Origin: the human T2T-CHM13v2.0 reference genome, Homo sapiens
DNA length: 64,000 bases
Assembly (NCBI RefSeq): GCF_009914755.1
Contig: NC_060929.1
Direction: 5' to 3' (one strand)
This document shows, piece after piece, positions 14,541 to 28,350 of the stretch. Under the pieces are notes generated by a model. It ran no database searches. It was not told the origin of the DNA and saw only the letters and a list, made by a program, of their open reading frames with translations. A program made the translations under genes and the position numbers. Each line of letters opens with the position of its first letter. Positions within the stretch are counted from its first letter, which is position 1.

Positions 14541-15469
14541 ATGGCGGGCTTTGGAGGCAGACAGACTAAAGTTTATAAAGTCTGGTTGTTTCACTCTTTA
14601 ATGACTTTTAATGAGTGACTTATGCCTCAGAGGTTTCTAGTCTTTCCATCTATAAAATAGTGACAGTAGTAGCAGCTTCTCAAATGATACAAGTTCTTCC
14701 AGCATCATATTGTCCTAATGACTGGTTGATCAAAGCCAAAAAAGCATGGTTACTATATGCCTTTCCCTCTGAACCAACTTGAGGCACTGAAAATATTTTT
14801 CCATTTACATTTGTCTTTCTTGTTTCCACGTTGGATCTGTGCTTACTTATGAAAGCACACTGAATGGGTAAAAGATACTCTGTATGGACCTGTGGCCATC
14901 ATTTTTCCAAATGCTGTCAAGACCCAGTGCCTAGGGAAAAGACAGCCAGGCAGGCATATGGGACACATTCTCTGTCTATTCTGAGCAGAATGGGCTGTGG
15001 GTACACAAGTTGCATTCCAAGTGGCCTAAGTGTCACCTCTACATGGGTCAACAGGCTTTGCTAAAACATCTCTGGGAAGGAAAATTAATTAGAGGATTTG
15101 TTTTCTGATCTCAGTTTCTTCACCACCAGACAAGCTACTAATTCCTAGTCTTAGCTTCTTTGTGAGACTTTCTAGGCTCACCTACTTCCCCATTATCTGA
15201 TTTCCAGTCTTAGCTACTTCTCCACTAGCCAGGTTAATCTTCCTGATACTGGAGCATGGGAATGATATTTCATGTGCCAATATATAGAGTTATTGTGAAT
15301 ATTAAATAAGGTAAGAAGGGAAAGTACTTTGAAATATGTAAAGTGCTACACAAATATATCTCAGCTAGATACATCATGGTCATCCACAACATTAAAATCT
15401 CCTTTACTCTCTTCAACATAAATTTTTTCAATAATCTATTAGCTATTTAAAAATCTCTCAAATTTGTTT

Positions 15470-16090
15470 CTTTCTATTATCATTTTTACTGTTAAGTTAA
15501 AGATGCCTTTATTTCTCGCCAGAGCTATTGTAAAACATCCTAGCATATTTCTCTACTTCAAGTCTCATTTCCTTCTTATTCCAGTCTGTGTCCAGTTGCC
15601 AAAGTTCTCTTCTTAAAGCACACATTTCATCATAACAATTCTCTCCTTTAAAATTGTCTATGATTCCTCATTACTTGAAGAATATAATTCAGACTCCTTA
15701 GATGATGTCCAAAGCCTTCACAATCTTAAATGTAGATTTCTAGTGTCATTTCCCTCGACTCTCCCTCCTGCACATTATGCTCCTATGATACTACATACTC
15801 CTTGATTTTATATACTAAACTTTCTGGTACATTCTCATTTATCCTTCAACACCCAAATTAAATGTCAGTTCCTTTGTGGAACATTCACTGACAATTCCGT
15901 GAAGCTGGCTACCTTCCTGTTTTCTCACCAAAACTATTCATTACTTTATTATAACATTTTCCCATTGTATTATAATTATTGGCCTACCTAACCAAGGATC
16001 CCATCACACAATGACTCCTGGAAGGCTCATACTGTGTCGCATTCATCTGTGTCTACCCAGTGACTTGTCTCTCAATATATGTTTATGGAA
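15470..16090 (+). mobile_element. L2 fragment (3' region)
   Basis: tccaaagccttcacaatct...atccttcaacacccaaattaaatgtca...ctcaatatatgtttatggaa. Confidence 0.65.
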
Positions 16091-16310
16091 CAAAAGCATC
16101 ATTTTTCAATGAGAAAGACATAATAGCAAAACAGTTCAACCTTTATCTGAGGTTGAGCTTTAAGTAAGGAAGGGTAGCACTGTGAACTTTGAAAGAAAAA
16201 AAATTTTAAAACTTTCTGAGACTTTGATTACTGCTATACAAAATTCATGTTTTATGTCAAATTATACTATTAAGACATTCATTTACACAGAGGGATATGA
16301 AATAAGATGC

Positions 16311-16640
16311 TGTATTTATCAGCCTAGATTAAGTTATGTTGCAGTCACAAAGACCCCCAAAATCATAGAGGCTTATAATCGAGATTTATTTTTTTTGTTT
16401 ACACTACATGTCCATATGGGTTGGTTCCATGCCATCTTTATTCCAGGACTCAGGCTAAAGGAGTAGCTTCTCTGTGGATAGTGCCAGCCTTGTTGCAGAA
16501 GGAAAAGAGATATGGCAGAGCCAAGGATGACTCTTAAACCTTTTGCTTGGATGTGGCCTGTGTCACCCAAAGAAAGTCACATGGACAAGTCTGATATCAG
16601 TATGCAGGGACATATATCCATAATGCAGTCTGCCACAGAC
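16311..16640 (-). mobile_element. MLT1 (old subfamily) LTR fragment
   Basis: taagttatgttgcagtcacaaagacccccaaaatc...gatttatttt...ccaggactcaggctaaaggagtagc. Confidence 0.6.
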
Positions 16641-17800
16641 GCCATCAAAGGTAAAAAGGCAGGTGACATTGTCACCACCATGTTAACAACTCTAGAATAG
16701 CTTCCCATTGATAAGAACCTAATTGATAAGAGCCCACCATGCTAACTAACATCACTATAATCCATGCATCCTTGTTTACTTCGAGTCTGTAATCCATGCA
16801 TCCTTGTTTATTATGAATCTAGATTAAGTGGGAAATTTTCAATGAAAAAACAATAGTACCACCAAAAGAAACTCATTTCACCTATAAAGACATATAGACT
16901 GAAAGTGAAGGGATGAAAAAAGATATTCCACACAAATAGAAACCAAGATTGAGCTGGAGTAGCTATACTTACATCTGATAAAACAGATGTTAAGTCAAAA
17001 ACTGTAAAAGGAGACAAAGAAGGTCATTATATAATGATAAAGGGATCAATTCAGCAAGAAGATCAACAACTATAAATATATATGCACCTAACACTGTAGC
17101 ACCAAGACACATAAAACAAATATTAGATCTAAAAGGAGATAGAGACTCCAACACAAAAATAATTGGGGACTTCAATACCCTACTGTCAGCACTGGATAGA
17201 TGACCTGGACCAAAAAAAAAAAAAAAAAAAAAAAATCAAACAAACATTGGATTTAAACCACACTGTAGACCAAATGGACCTAACAGAGCTTTATAGACCA
17301 TTTAATCGAACAGCTGCAGAATACACATTCTTCTCATCAGCACATGGGACATTCTTCAGGATAGACCATATATTAGGCCACGAAACAACTCTCAACACAT
17401 TTCACAAGATCTGAAACCATATGAAGTATCTTCTCAGGCCCCAGTGAAATAAAACTAGAAATCAATAAAAAGAGGACTTTGGGAACTGTATAAATATATG
17501 GAAAGGAAACAACATGCCGCTAAACAACAATTGGGTCAATGAAGTCATTAAAAAGAAAATAAAAGATTTCTTATAACAAATAAAAATAGAAACACAACAT
17601 GCCAAAACCTATGGAATATAGCAAAAGCAGTGCTACGAGGGCCATTTATAGAAATAAATGCCAATATATATAAAGTAGAAAGATTTCAAATAACTAATTT
17701 AATGATGTACCTCAAGGAACTAGAACGGCAAGAACAAACCAAACCCAAAATTAGTAGAAGGAAAGAAGTAATAAAGATCAGAGCAGAACTAAACAAAATA

Positions 17801-18108
17801 GACTGAGTCTGGTTGCTCATGCCTGTCATCTCAGCACTTTGGGAGGGCGAGGTGGGTGGATCACCTGAGGTCAGGAGTTTGAGACCAGCCTGGCTAACAT
17901 GGTGAAACCATGTCTCTGCTAAAAAATACAAAAATTAGCCAGGTATGGTGGCATGTGCCTGTAATCCCAGCTACTCAGGAAGCTGAAGCAGAAGAATCAC
18001 TTGAATGTGGGAGGTGGAGGTTGCTGTGAGCCGAGATCATACCACTGCACTCCAGCCTGGGCAACAAGAGGGAAACTCCATCTCAAAAAAGAAAAAAAAA
18101 AAAAAAAG
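17801..18108 (+). mobile_element. AluS inserted in the L1MA
   Basis: Full dimer with A tail; actaaacaaaata duplicated on both sides. Confidence 0.93.
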
Positions 18109-18345
18109 CACTAAACAAAATAGAGACTAAAAAATTACAAAGGAGAAACAAAATAAAACACTGGTTTTTTTGAAAAGATAAAATTAAGCCGTTAGCAAGA
18201 CTAGCCAAGAGGGGGAAAAAAAAAAGACTCAAATAAATAAATCAGAATTGAAAAAAGACATTATAACTGATACCACAGAAATACAAAGGATTATTAGAAA
18301 CTATTATAGACAAGTATATACTAACAAATTAGAAAACCTAGAAGA

Positions 18346-18630
<285 letters not shown>

Positions 18631-19068
18631 AAATAGCAAAGACTTGGAAACAACCCAAATGTCCATCAATGATAGACTGGATTAAGAAAATGTGGCACAT
18701 ATACACCATGGAATACTATGCAGCCATAAAAATGGATGAGTTCATGTCCTTTGTAGGGACATGGATGAAGCTGGAAACCATCATTCTGAGCAAGCTATCG
18801 CAAGGACAGAAAACCAAACACCACATGTTCTCACTCATAGGTGGGAACTGAACAATGAGAACACTTAGCCACAGGGTGGGGAACATCACACACCAGGGCC
18901 TGTCATGGGGTTGGGGGAGGGAGGAGGGATAGCATTAGGAGATATACCTAATGCTAAATGACGAGTTAACGGATGCAGCACACCAACATGGCACATGTAT
19001 GATATGTAACAAACCTGCACGTTGTGCACATGTACCCTAGAACTTAAAGTATAGTTAAAAAAAAAAAA
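18631..19068 (+). mobile_element. L1PA (PA5-7-like) 3' end with poly(A)
   Basis: ORF2 C-terminus [33 protein letters not shown]...MFSLIGGN* plus 3'UTR to catgtaccctagaacttaaagtata and an A tail. Confidence 0.95.
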
Positions 19069-21899
19069 GGCAAACCTAGAGGAAAATTCCTGGACACATA
19101 CAGCCTACCAAGATTGAACCAGGAAGAAACAGAAAACCTGAATAGGCCAATAAGAAATAGTGAGATTGAGTCAGTAACACAATGTCTCCAAACAAAGAAG
19201 ACCCCAAACTGGATAGCTTTACTGATTAATTATGGCAATTTATAAAGAACTAACAATTCTTTTCAAACTGTTTCAAACAATTGAAAGGACGGAATTCTTC
19301 CTAACGCATTCTATGAGGCCACCATTACCCAGATCCAGACAAGGACACAATAAAAAAAAATTACATGCCAATATCCCTGATGAACATAGACACAAAAATC
19401 CCCAACAAAAATACTAGCCAACTAAATCCAACAGTACATCAAAAAGATAATACACCATGATCAAGTTGGATTTATCTGAGGCATGCAAGGATTGTTCAAC
19501 ATAGGCAAATCAATAAATGTGATACATCACATTAACAGACTGGACAAAACCATATCATAATCTCAATAGACACAGAACAAGCATTTGGTAAAATTCAACA
19601 TCTCTTTATTATACAAACTCTCAACAAATTAGGCATAGAAGGAACATATCTCAACGTAATAAAGGCTCTATATGGCAAACCCACAGCTACTACATGGAAT
19701 GGGGAAAACCTGAAAGCCTTTCCTCTAAGAACTGGAACAAGACAATGATGCCCCTGTTCACCACTCTTGTTCAACATAGTACTGAAAGTCCTAGCTAGAG
19801 CAATCAGGCAAGAGAAAGAAAAGGCATCCAAATTGGAAAAAAAGGAAGTCAAATTATCCCTCTTTGCAGATGACATGATCTTATATATAGAAAAACCTAA
19901 AGACACCACAAAAAAACCTCTTAGAACAGATAAACAAATTCAATATAATTGTAGGATGCAAAATCAACATACAAAAATCAGTGGCATTTTTATACACCAG
20001 TAATGAACTAGCTAAAATAGAAATCAAGACAGCAGTTCCATTTACACTAGCTACAAAAAAATAAAATACCTAGGAATAAATTTAACCAAGGATGTAAAGG
20101 ACCTCTACAAGGAAAACTAAAAAATACTAATGAAAGGAGTTGAAGAGGACACAAATGAAAAGGGATCCCATGCCCATGGATTTGAAGAATATTGTTAAAA
20201 TGACTATACTACACAAAGCAGTCTACAGATTCAATGCAATCTCTATCAAAATACCAATAACATTCTTCTGAGAAATAGAAAAAACAATGCTAAAATTTGT
20301 ATGGAACTATAAAAGACCCTAATAGCCAAAGCAATCCAGTGCAAAAAGAACAAAGCTGAAGACATCACAATCCTTGACTTCAAAATATGCTATAAAGCTT
20401 TAATAACCTAAACAACACGGTATTGGTATTAAAACAGACACATCAACTAATAGACCAGAACAGAGAGCTCAGAAGTATATCCATATTTTTAAAGCCTACT
20501 GATTTTCAACAGAGGTATGAAGAGCATAAATTGGGGAAAGGACACTCTCTTCAATAAATGGGGCTGGGAAAACTGGATATCCATATGCAGAAGAATAAAA
20601 CTAGACACCTCTATCTCACCATACACAAAAATCACCTCAAAATGGATTAAAGATTTAAATGTTAAGATGTAAAACTATAAAACTACTAGAAGAAAACATA
20701 GGAGAAATACATCAGGACATTGGTCTAGGCAAAGTTTTATGGCTAATACTTCAAAAGCACAGGCAGCAGAAACAAAAATAGACAAACAGGACTATATTAG
20801 ACTAAACAGCTTCTGCACAGCAAAGGAAATAATAAGAACGAAGAAACAGCTCTCTTTTGCAACTATTTATCCAACAAGCGACTCGTAATCAGAATATACA
20901 AAGAACTCAAACAACTCAACTAAAAAAACCCAAATAATCCAATTAAAAAGTGGGCTAAGGATCTGAACAGACATTTCTCAAAAGAAGACATACAAATGGC
21001 TAACAGACATATGAAAAAATGCTCAATATCACTAAATACTGGAGAAATGCAAACCAAAACTACAATGAAATATCATTCCACCCAGTTAAGATGGCTGTTA
21101 TCAAAAACACAAAAAATAATGGATGTAGTCAAAGATGCAGAAAAAGGGAACTCTTGTGCATAATTGGTGGGAATGTGAATTAGTAGAGCCATTATGGAAA
21201 TCAACATGGAGGTTTCTCAAAAAACTTAAAATAGAACTAGCATATGACCCACAATCCCATTACTGAATATTTAGCCAAAGGAAAGGAAATCAGTATATTA
21301 AAGGGATTTCTGAATCCCCATATTCATTGCAGCACTATTCACAATAGACAGGATAATAGGATCAATCTAAGTATCCATCAACATTTTAATGAATAAAGCA
21401 AATGTGGTACATATGTACCCAATGGAATGCTATTTGGCCATAAAAAGGAATAAAATTACATCACTTGCAGCAATGTGGGTGGGACTTGAGGTCCTTATGT
21501 TAAATGAAATAAGCCAGACACAAAGAAAAATATCACATATTCTCACTCATCTGCGGGAGCTAAAAATTTTGGTCTCATAGAAGTGAAAAGTAGAATAATA
21601 GTTACTAGAGGCTGGGAAGCGGGTGGGGTGAAGAGAGATTGGTTAATGGAAACAAACATACAATTAGATAGAAGGACTAAGTCCTAGTGTTCAATAGCAC
21701 AGTATGGTGACTATAGCTAACAATTTATATTTCAAAATAGCTAGAAGATTTGAAATATTCAACACTCAAAGAAGTGATAAATTTTTAAGATGATATATAT
21801 CTCAATTACCCTGATTTGATCATACATTAAAATATCACTTATAATCCATAAATAGGTACAATTCTTATATATCAATAAAAAATTGAAAAAACCAGTAAC

Positions 21900-23755
21900 C
21901 CCATGAGGTTTTCATATCTATTATAGCTTTATATTAATTGTGGAGTATGATAGACCACAAAAATTACAGAACTTCTTGTGTGGCAATATTCTAACCAATA
22001 GAAGCACAGAACCAATAAAATTGAAGGAATACCTCAGACTGCCTACTCTAAAAATTTATTAGACTTTGTGGATCTTTTTCTTTATATAAAAACAGGTCGA
22101 TTTTTAAACTCTGGGACTTTACTTGATTTTGGATTTGCCCCAAGAAAAAAAGACTTGTATTGAAACTTTTAAAATAAATGAACCATATCACCAAGAAAGA
22201 TAACTCAGATGCCACTGGATATAGTTCAGTGAAGCCACACATTTCTTGAAGTTGTGCCCTCACTGACATCAAATGATGTCAACTCTACAGATATTCTGAC
22301 ATTTCTTTAATATTTACCTTTTTGTATATAATTTAATGAAAGTAGATACCTCTATTTATATAGCCAACTCCTGTTGGCAAGTTCTTAAAATCAAAGAATT
22401 CCTACTTTGTGAATTTCTTTTAGAATCTGCAGAGTCAATGTCTTTAAAATGGTGAAGAATTTCTTTGCCAAACAAAGTTTCAGGCGGAATAAAAATCTTG
22501 GCACCCTGGGTTCAGATGGAGCATCTGTGATGCTTGGCAACACATCTGGTTCTGCTGCTTTGGTGAAGAAACATGCTTCTCATCTCAACATGCAGTGGTG
22601 TCAGCCGTGTCAACGACTCTGCCAGCGATCCTGAAAAAATCGTGTCTATTTCTATGAATGTTGTCAACCTCCCGAGAGCCAGGGCTGACACACTGCTATT
22701 TCGAGAGTTTTTGTCAAGAAAGGGGAATAGAAGAGGAAATTCACTGCTGCAATACAGAAGTTAACTAGCTTTCCAGAGGACTTGTCTTGAAACATTTGAT
22801 TGACTCTTAAATGAAAGTTCTTTTTTTGAGGCAAAGAAAATCCAACTATCAGAATAACCCAAAAGGAAAGAGTCCATTCATAGTTTGCTTTACTTGATGG
22901 ACATTCTTACCAAGTTAGCTATGTAAATCTTTTCATTTAAATTATTTTAGCCCAACTGCCACTTTGGAGGGAATGTTGGAGACAGATATCTACCTAAACA
23001 TTCCAAGACTGGAGAGGTGCTTCTGCAAAGTGGAACAAGGTGTAACAAAGCTTGACAGGTAGAAACCCACCACCAGCCGGAATCACTAGAAAACTCTTTG
23101 AAAGCTAGTTCTGTTTCCAATGACTTTAACATAGAGGCATGAGTATGTAATTATTTTTTTAAAATATGATGAAGCATTAATGATGGAGAGTTTTCAAAAG
23201 ATGATTGCAACACAATATGAATTCGACAAGGATTTTGGAGAACCCCAGGATTCCTCACCGTGCCTAATCATCACCTAATAAAGCCACAGCAGATCCCATT
23301 GTGTTACTGTTTTCTTTCGCCAAGTCAGTGTTTCCAGCACTTATTGACATGAAACTGAAAAGCCATAGTCAAATGGATATCAAAGATAACAAGCCCATTG
23401 CTGCCTCAAAACTACTCCATAATATCACAATCAAGCCAAACACCACCCTTCTTGTAGAAGCTTGCTTTGGAATTGAATGAAACATTATTTTTTACTTGTA
23501 AAATTTGTATTTATCTCAGGTGTTTGAGGAAACAGGCATTAAGTTCAAGAGAACAGTGGTGAGGGCAACAAAGATGACTTTATAAAGATACTTTATAGTC
23601 TCTGTAAAATAATTCAATTTCCATGGCAAAAAAAAAGCACATAAAAAAGTTTGTGTATTATGTGTGTGTGCATGTTTTGTGTCCTCTTCTGGGGAGAAAG
23701 TGTAAATCTTCAGATTCTCAGAGTCTGTGACTTAAATAAGACTAAAACTCCCTGT
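21900..23755 (+). mobile_element. hAT-Charlie DNA transposon remnant with degraded transposase
   Basis: ORF 22449-22634 LGTLGSDGASVMLGNTSGSAALVKKHASH resembles the Charlie/ZBED5-family TDGAxxMxG motif. The 3' end ttctggggagaaag...cagattctcagagtctgtgac resembles Charlie2/MER103-type ends. Confidence 0.75.
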
Positions 23756-24151
23756 CCTTTGAAGGGTAAAACATTTTAAGGAATGGAATTAATGTTGAGA
23801 AGAAGTAAAATTCTTCAGCTGAAAAATGAAGAAAACCATGAATTTCTTCTCTATTCGCCAATTAATAATATAGACTTCTAAACCAGAAAGTATATGACTG
23901 CATTAAAAATGGGCAATAACCCACTCTCATTTTTGAACAAGCTTTTCCAAAATCAAAATTAAGAAATTTGGATAAAAATATTTGCTTTGTTAGATACTGT
24001 TTTCAGTTTTCATATTATATGAAAAATTGTGTAGCTGTATTTATATAGACCAGTGGGATGAAGTTAATAATGACAAATGAGGAACTCAGATCTAGTGCTT
24101 TAAAATACAGTATTGTTTGGAGAAGTATAGGAAATGCAGTTGGAAGTTACC

Positions 24152-25012
24152 TGTACTAGTTTCCTATTGCTGCTGTAACATGTTATTATAAACCTAGGTG
24201 CTTGGAAATCACAAATGTATTATCTTACCATTCCATAGGTCAGAAGTCTGAAATGAGTCTCACTGGGCTAAAAATGAAGGTGTAGGCAGGGCTGCATTTC
24301 TTGTTTGAGGCTCTAGGGGAGAATCCTTTTCCTTGCCCTTTCTAGCTTCTAGAGACATTTTCTTGGCTTGTGGCCCGCTTCCTCCATCTCCAAAGCCAGC
24401 AACAGCAGTCCCCACCCCCTACCAGTTAGTTTGTGTTTTACTGATACCGTGCACCCTGTACTTTCCCAGTGGGTACCAGCTGTTCATTCTTGGTTATTTC
24501 TTGGTCTTTAGGTCCTTCTCATACTTGATGAGCCTGTGGGGTTCAGGTACATGCTTTCTTGGGGTGCAGATATAAGGGCTTGTACTTCTTGCCCTTGTAG
24601 ACCGCCCTGTGGTTCTCTTTCTGAGTCTGGTTAATGACAGTGAGAACAAGGGGGTTGGATTGTGGACCCTGTGCCACCTGTCACACTGTCAATGTGCAGC
24701 TGGGAGAGCTCTACCTTTAGGTAGTCCAGCTGTCTCAGAAGCTCTTCCTTCTTGCCATAAAGGTCCTGAGGCTTGATCTTGGCCATGGCTTCACATGCAG
24801 CTGCCAGCTGCCATCTGCTCTGATGGCCTCTCCACTTCTGATCACATTAGGCCCAATCAGACAAACCAGGACAATCTCCCTATTTTAAGGTCAGATGATT
24901 AGCACCCTTCATCCTATCTGCTACCTTAATTCCTCTTTGTCATGTAGCATGACATCTCCATAGGTTCCAGGGATTAAGTCATGGGCATTTTTGATATTAT
25001 TCTGCCTACTAC
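24152..25012 (-). mobile_element. MLT1 (D/E/F-like) solo LTR split by the RPL35 pseudogene
   Basis: tgtactagtttcctattgctgctgtaaca...ggtcagaagtctgaaatgagtctcactgggctaaa on the left; caggacaatctccctattttaaggtcag...ttctgcctactaca on the right. Confidence 0.85.
24421..24812 (-). pseudogene. RPL35 (uL29) processed pseudogene
   Basis: From ATG at 24786 (minus): [38 protein letters not shown], then after a deletion/frameshift [31 protein letters not shown], then LIKYEKDLKTKK*. Intronless and colinear with RPL35 ([31 protein letters not shown]...[31 protein letters not shown]). Confidence 0.93.
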
Positions 25013-25938
25013 ACACTCCCTCAGTTGAAACTGTAGGAAAGGATTGGATATGCAGGAAAATAGTGAAAAGTAGTAGAAACCTAGAAATAAACAGTCTCTA
25101 GCTGGGGTGAAAGGTATATTCCCTTATTGAACTACCCTAAAGACTTAAAGATCATGTCTGAGGTAACCTGCATCTGTACTTTGACAATACCCCTTCCCCC
25201 GGAAAACCTAGTCATAAGGAAGCGTAAGGATGCCAAATTTGGAATCAGAAAAGTTGAGTGGTAGGTCTGGCTCTTCCACTTGTCTATATCCTTTAGCAAT
25301 TCACTTAAATTTGGCTGAACCACAGTCTCCTCACTTTAAATTAAGTGGGTTGAACTAGATTATTTCTTGGGTACCCTCCAGTTGTAATGTTGCTATGATT
25401 CTAGATGAAATAGATAGTATTTCTGCGGACTCAAAGTGAGTGGGCTATCAGTTCAATGGGTGTTTAAGCACCAATAGGTTCACAAAGGAGAAATGGATCC
25501 TTCCCTGATTTTTAATCTTATTATTTGCTCTTCTCCCAAGTAGGAGAAAACAAGAAGAAATAGCCCTTTCCTGTCCAAACATCCCTCACCCCAGATCAGA
25601 ACAGATAATAAGCAAATGGGACATATTATACTGTGACTGTAAAATATACCTCAGTTTACACCCCTGGCATGAGATGTTCCTATAATCTTTGAAAGAATAT
25701 GATTTGGGAGGCTGGTTTTCCTCATTTGTTTATTGTAGCATAGTTGGGTTATAGTATTGCAATAAATATATCCAAGGAACACAAGGACTGTTCCAATTTT
25801 GCTCTAGAGCATGGGTGGGTCTATGCGGTTTTGATAGGCAGAATTCTAAGATGGCTGCCAAGATTCGCGCCTTCCAATAGATATATCATGATAGTCTCCC
25901 TCCCCTTGAGTGTGGGAGTGGGTTTTGTAATATGATGG

Positions 25939-26301
25939 TGTATTAGTCTGTTCTCATGCTGTTAATAAAGACATACCCAAGACTGGGTAATTTATAAAGG
26001 AAAAAGGTTGAATTGACTCACAATTCCACATGGCTGGGGAGGACTCACAATCATGGTGGAAGGCAAGGAGGAATAAAGTCACATCTTACATGGTGGCAGG
26101 CAAGAGTGAGTGTGTGCAGGGGAACTCCCCTTTATAAAACTATCAGATCTCATGAGACTTATTCACTATCATGAGAACAGCACAGGAAAGATCCACTCCA
26201 TGATTCAGTTACCTTCCACCGGGTCCCTCCCACAACACATGGGAAATATGGGAGCTACAATTCAAGATATTATTGTGTGCGGACACGGCCAAATCATATT
26301 A
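25939..26301 (-). mobile_element. THE1 (C/D-like) MaLR solo LTR
   Basis: tgtattagtctgttctcatgctg...cagatctcatgagacttattcactatcatgagaacagc...ccaaatcatatta; 5-bp flanks gatgg / gatga. Confidence 0.9.
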
Positions 26302-26310
26302 GATGAAATA

Positions 26311-26677
<367 letters not shown>

Positions 26678-28277
26678 TTATCTTTGATGGGCCTGGCCTA
26701 ATCAGGTGAGGCCTTAAAAGGAACTTGTCTCTTCCTGAAGAGATTTGAAGTATGGGAGAGACTCAACCCAACAGAGATTCTCCACTGATAGATTTAAAGA
26801 TGGAGGAAGCCATGGAAAATGGCAACTAGTATCAGAAAGCCAGCAAGAAAACAAGGACCTCAGTCCTCCAACTATAAGGAACTGAATTCTATCAATACCC
26901 TGAATGAGTTTGGACATGGATTCTTCTCCAAAGCCTTCAGGTGAGAACTCAGCCTGACTGCTACCTTGAATGTGACACCCTGAGCAGAGAACCCAACTGA
27001 GCTGTGCTGGACTTCTGATCTACTGAACCGAGAGCTAAAAAGTGAGTGTTGTTTTGAGCCTCTACCATGTGTGGCAATTTGTTATGCAGCAATAGCAAAC
27101 AAATAAATGAAAACAATGCTATTCCAGTTAAATGTGGCTTAGGAATTTTTAAAAAGAAGTATTTTCCTTGTGCCTCCTTTCTTCTTGCCTTTCTCCAAAG
27201 CCTTAATCTTTTTCCCCACGGTGCAGTTATTTCATTGAATATAACTAGAAAATGCCATTTTGTCAGATTAAAATCTTCTCTCATATCACATCACTTCTCA
27301 TCCCCCTAACCCCTCATAGTTCGTTTGAGATGCCAGAGATGCCCAAATCTTGGATATATTATATACATGTTTTAGGGCTGGAGAATCAAACCAGAAAACA
27401 CAGATTTCAAGAATTAAAGCAAAGAATCTGTTTACTTTGAACTAACTCTAGATATGTTTCATTTGTTACATCTAGTTCTCTTGAAACACAGTAACCTTGA
27501 CATAATGGCTGAAGAAAAAGGAGAAGCAATGTAAGCATAAATGGCTGAATATTTTAATATCTTTTATCAATAAACATTACTAGAATGCCACGCATTTGAA
27601 TCCATGCTTTTTCTGACAAAAACCTGCATTTTATCTTCTGCTTCCTGATATCGCAGCTGGATCTTATTACAAGGGTAGGATGCACCATGGGAAGCATGCC
27701 TAAACTTTTTAAACTACAAAAGGAAAGCTGATCTTCATTAATTAGATGTCTAGATTATGCAGACTGACCACTGTATTATTATCTATAACATGGTGAAAAA
27801 CACCATTATATGGCTTGTTGATAGCTCCTCCTAGGTAATTTAGCTAAGCCTTATTTGCTAAGATATTCTATTAACCACAAAGGCAGGATTTGGTGTCAGG
27901 TCAAAAAATCAGATCAAACTGTGACTTTGTGGTTGATGGTTCAGAGAATGCTCTATAACAAAGGGAATTGAGAACTCAGTATGATGTCTTTCTAACATTT
28001 AATTCAGGAAAAATGTCATCTCCAGCACGGCTTAACATAGTGCTACTACATAATGCAGATAAGTGAAAATATTAACAAGTAAATGATTCATAACGAAGAC
28101 TCACCACGTAAAACCTGTATTCTCTGCCTTTGTGAAAACCATGGAATTGGATTAAAAGAGAAGCCACCTAATTTTAGATTTAAACAAATGTGAACAATGG
28201 GTTTGAGAATGAAGGGTAAGTCTGTGGATCACAAACCCTCACCTGAATAATGATTAGCTCTTTGAATAAAAAACAAC

Positions 28278-28350
28278 TAATATATATATCATATAAATAT
28301 ATTAATATATATTATAGAAATATATTTATATTATATATATATATATATTT
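28278..28350. repeat. AT-rich low-complexity / (TA)n tract
   Basis: Interrupted TA runs. Confidence 0.85.

Noticed and set aside
16758-16810. Repeat-spacer-repeat patterns here and at 54037-54120 as CRISPR-like arrays
   Set aside because: Only two units each, no cas genes, and the DNA is human intron.
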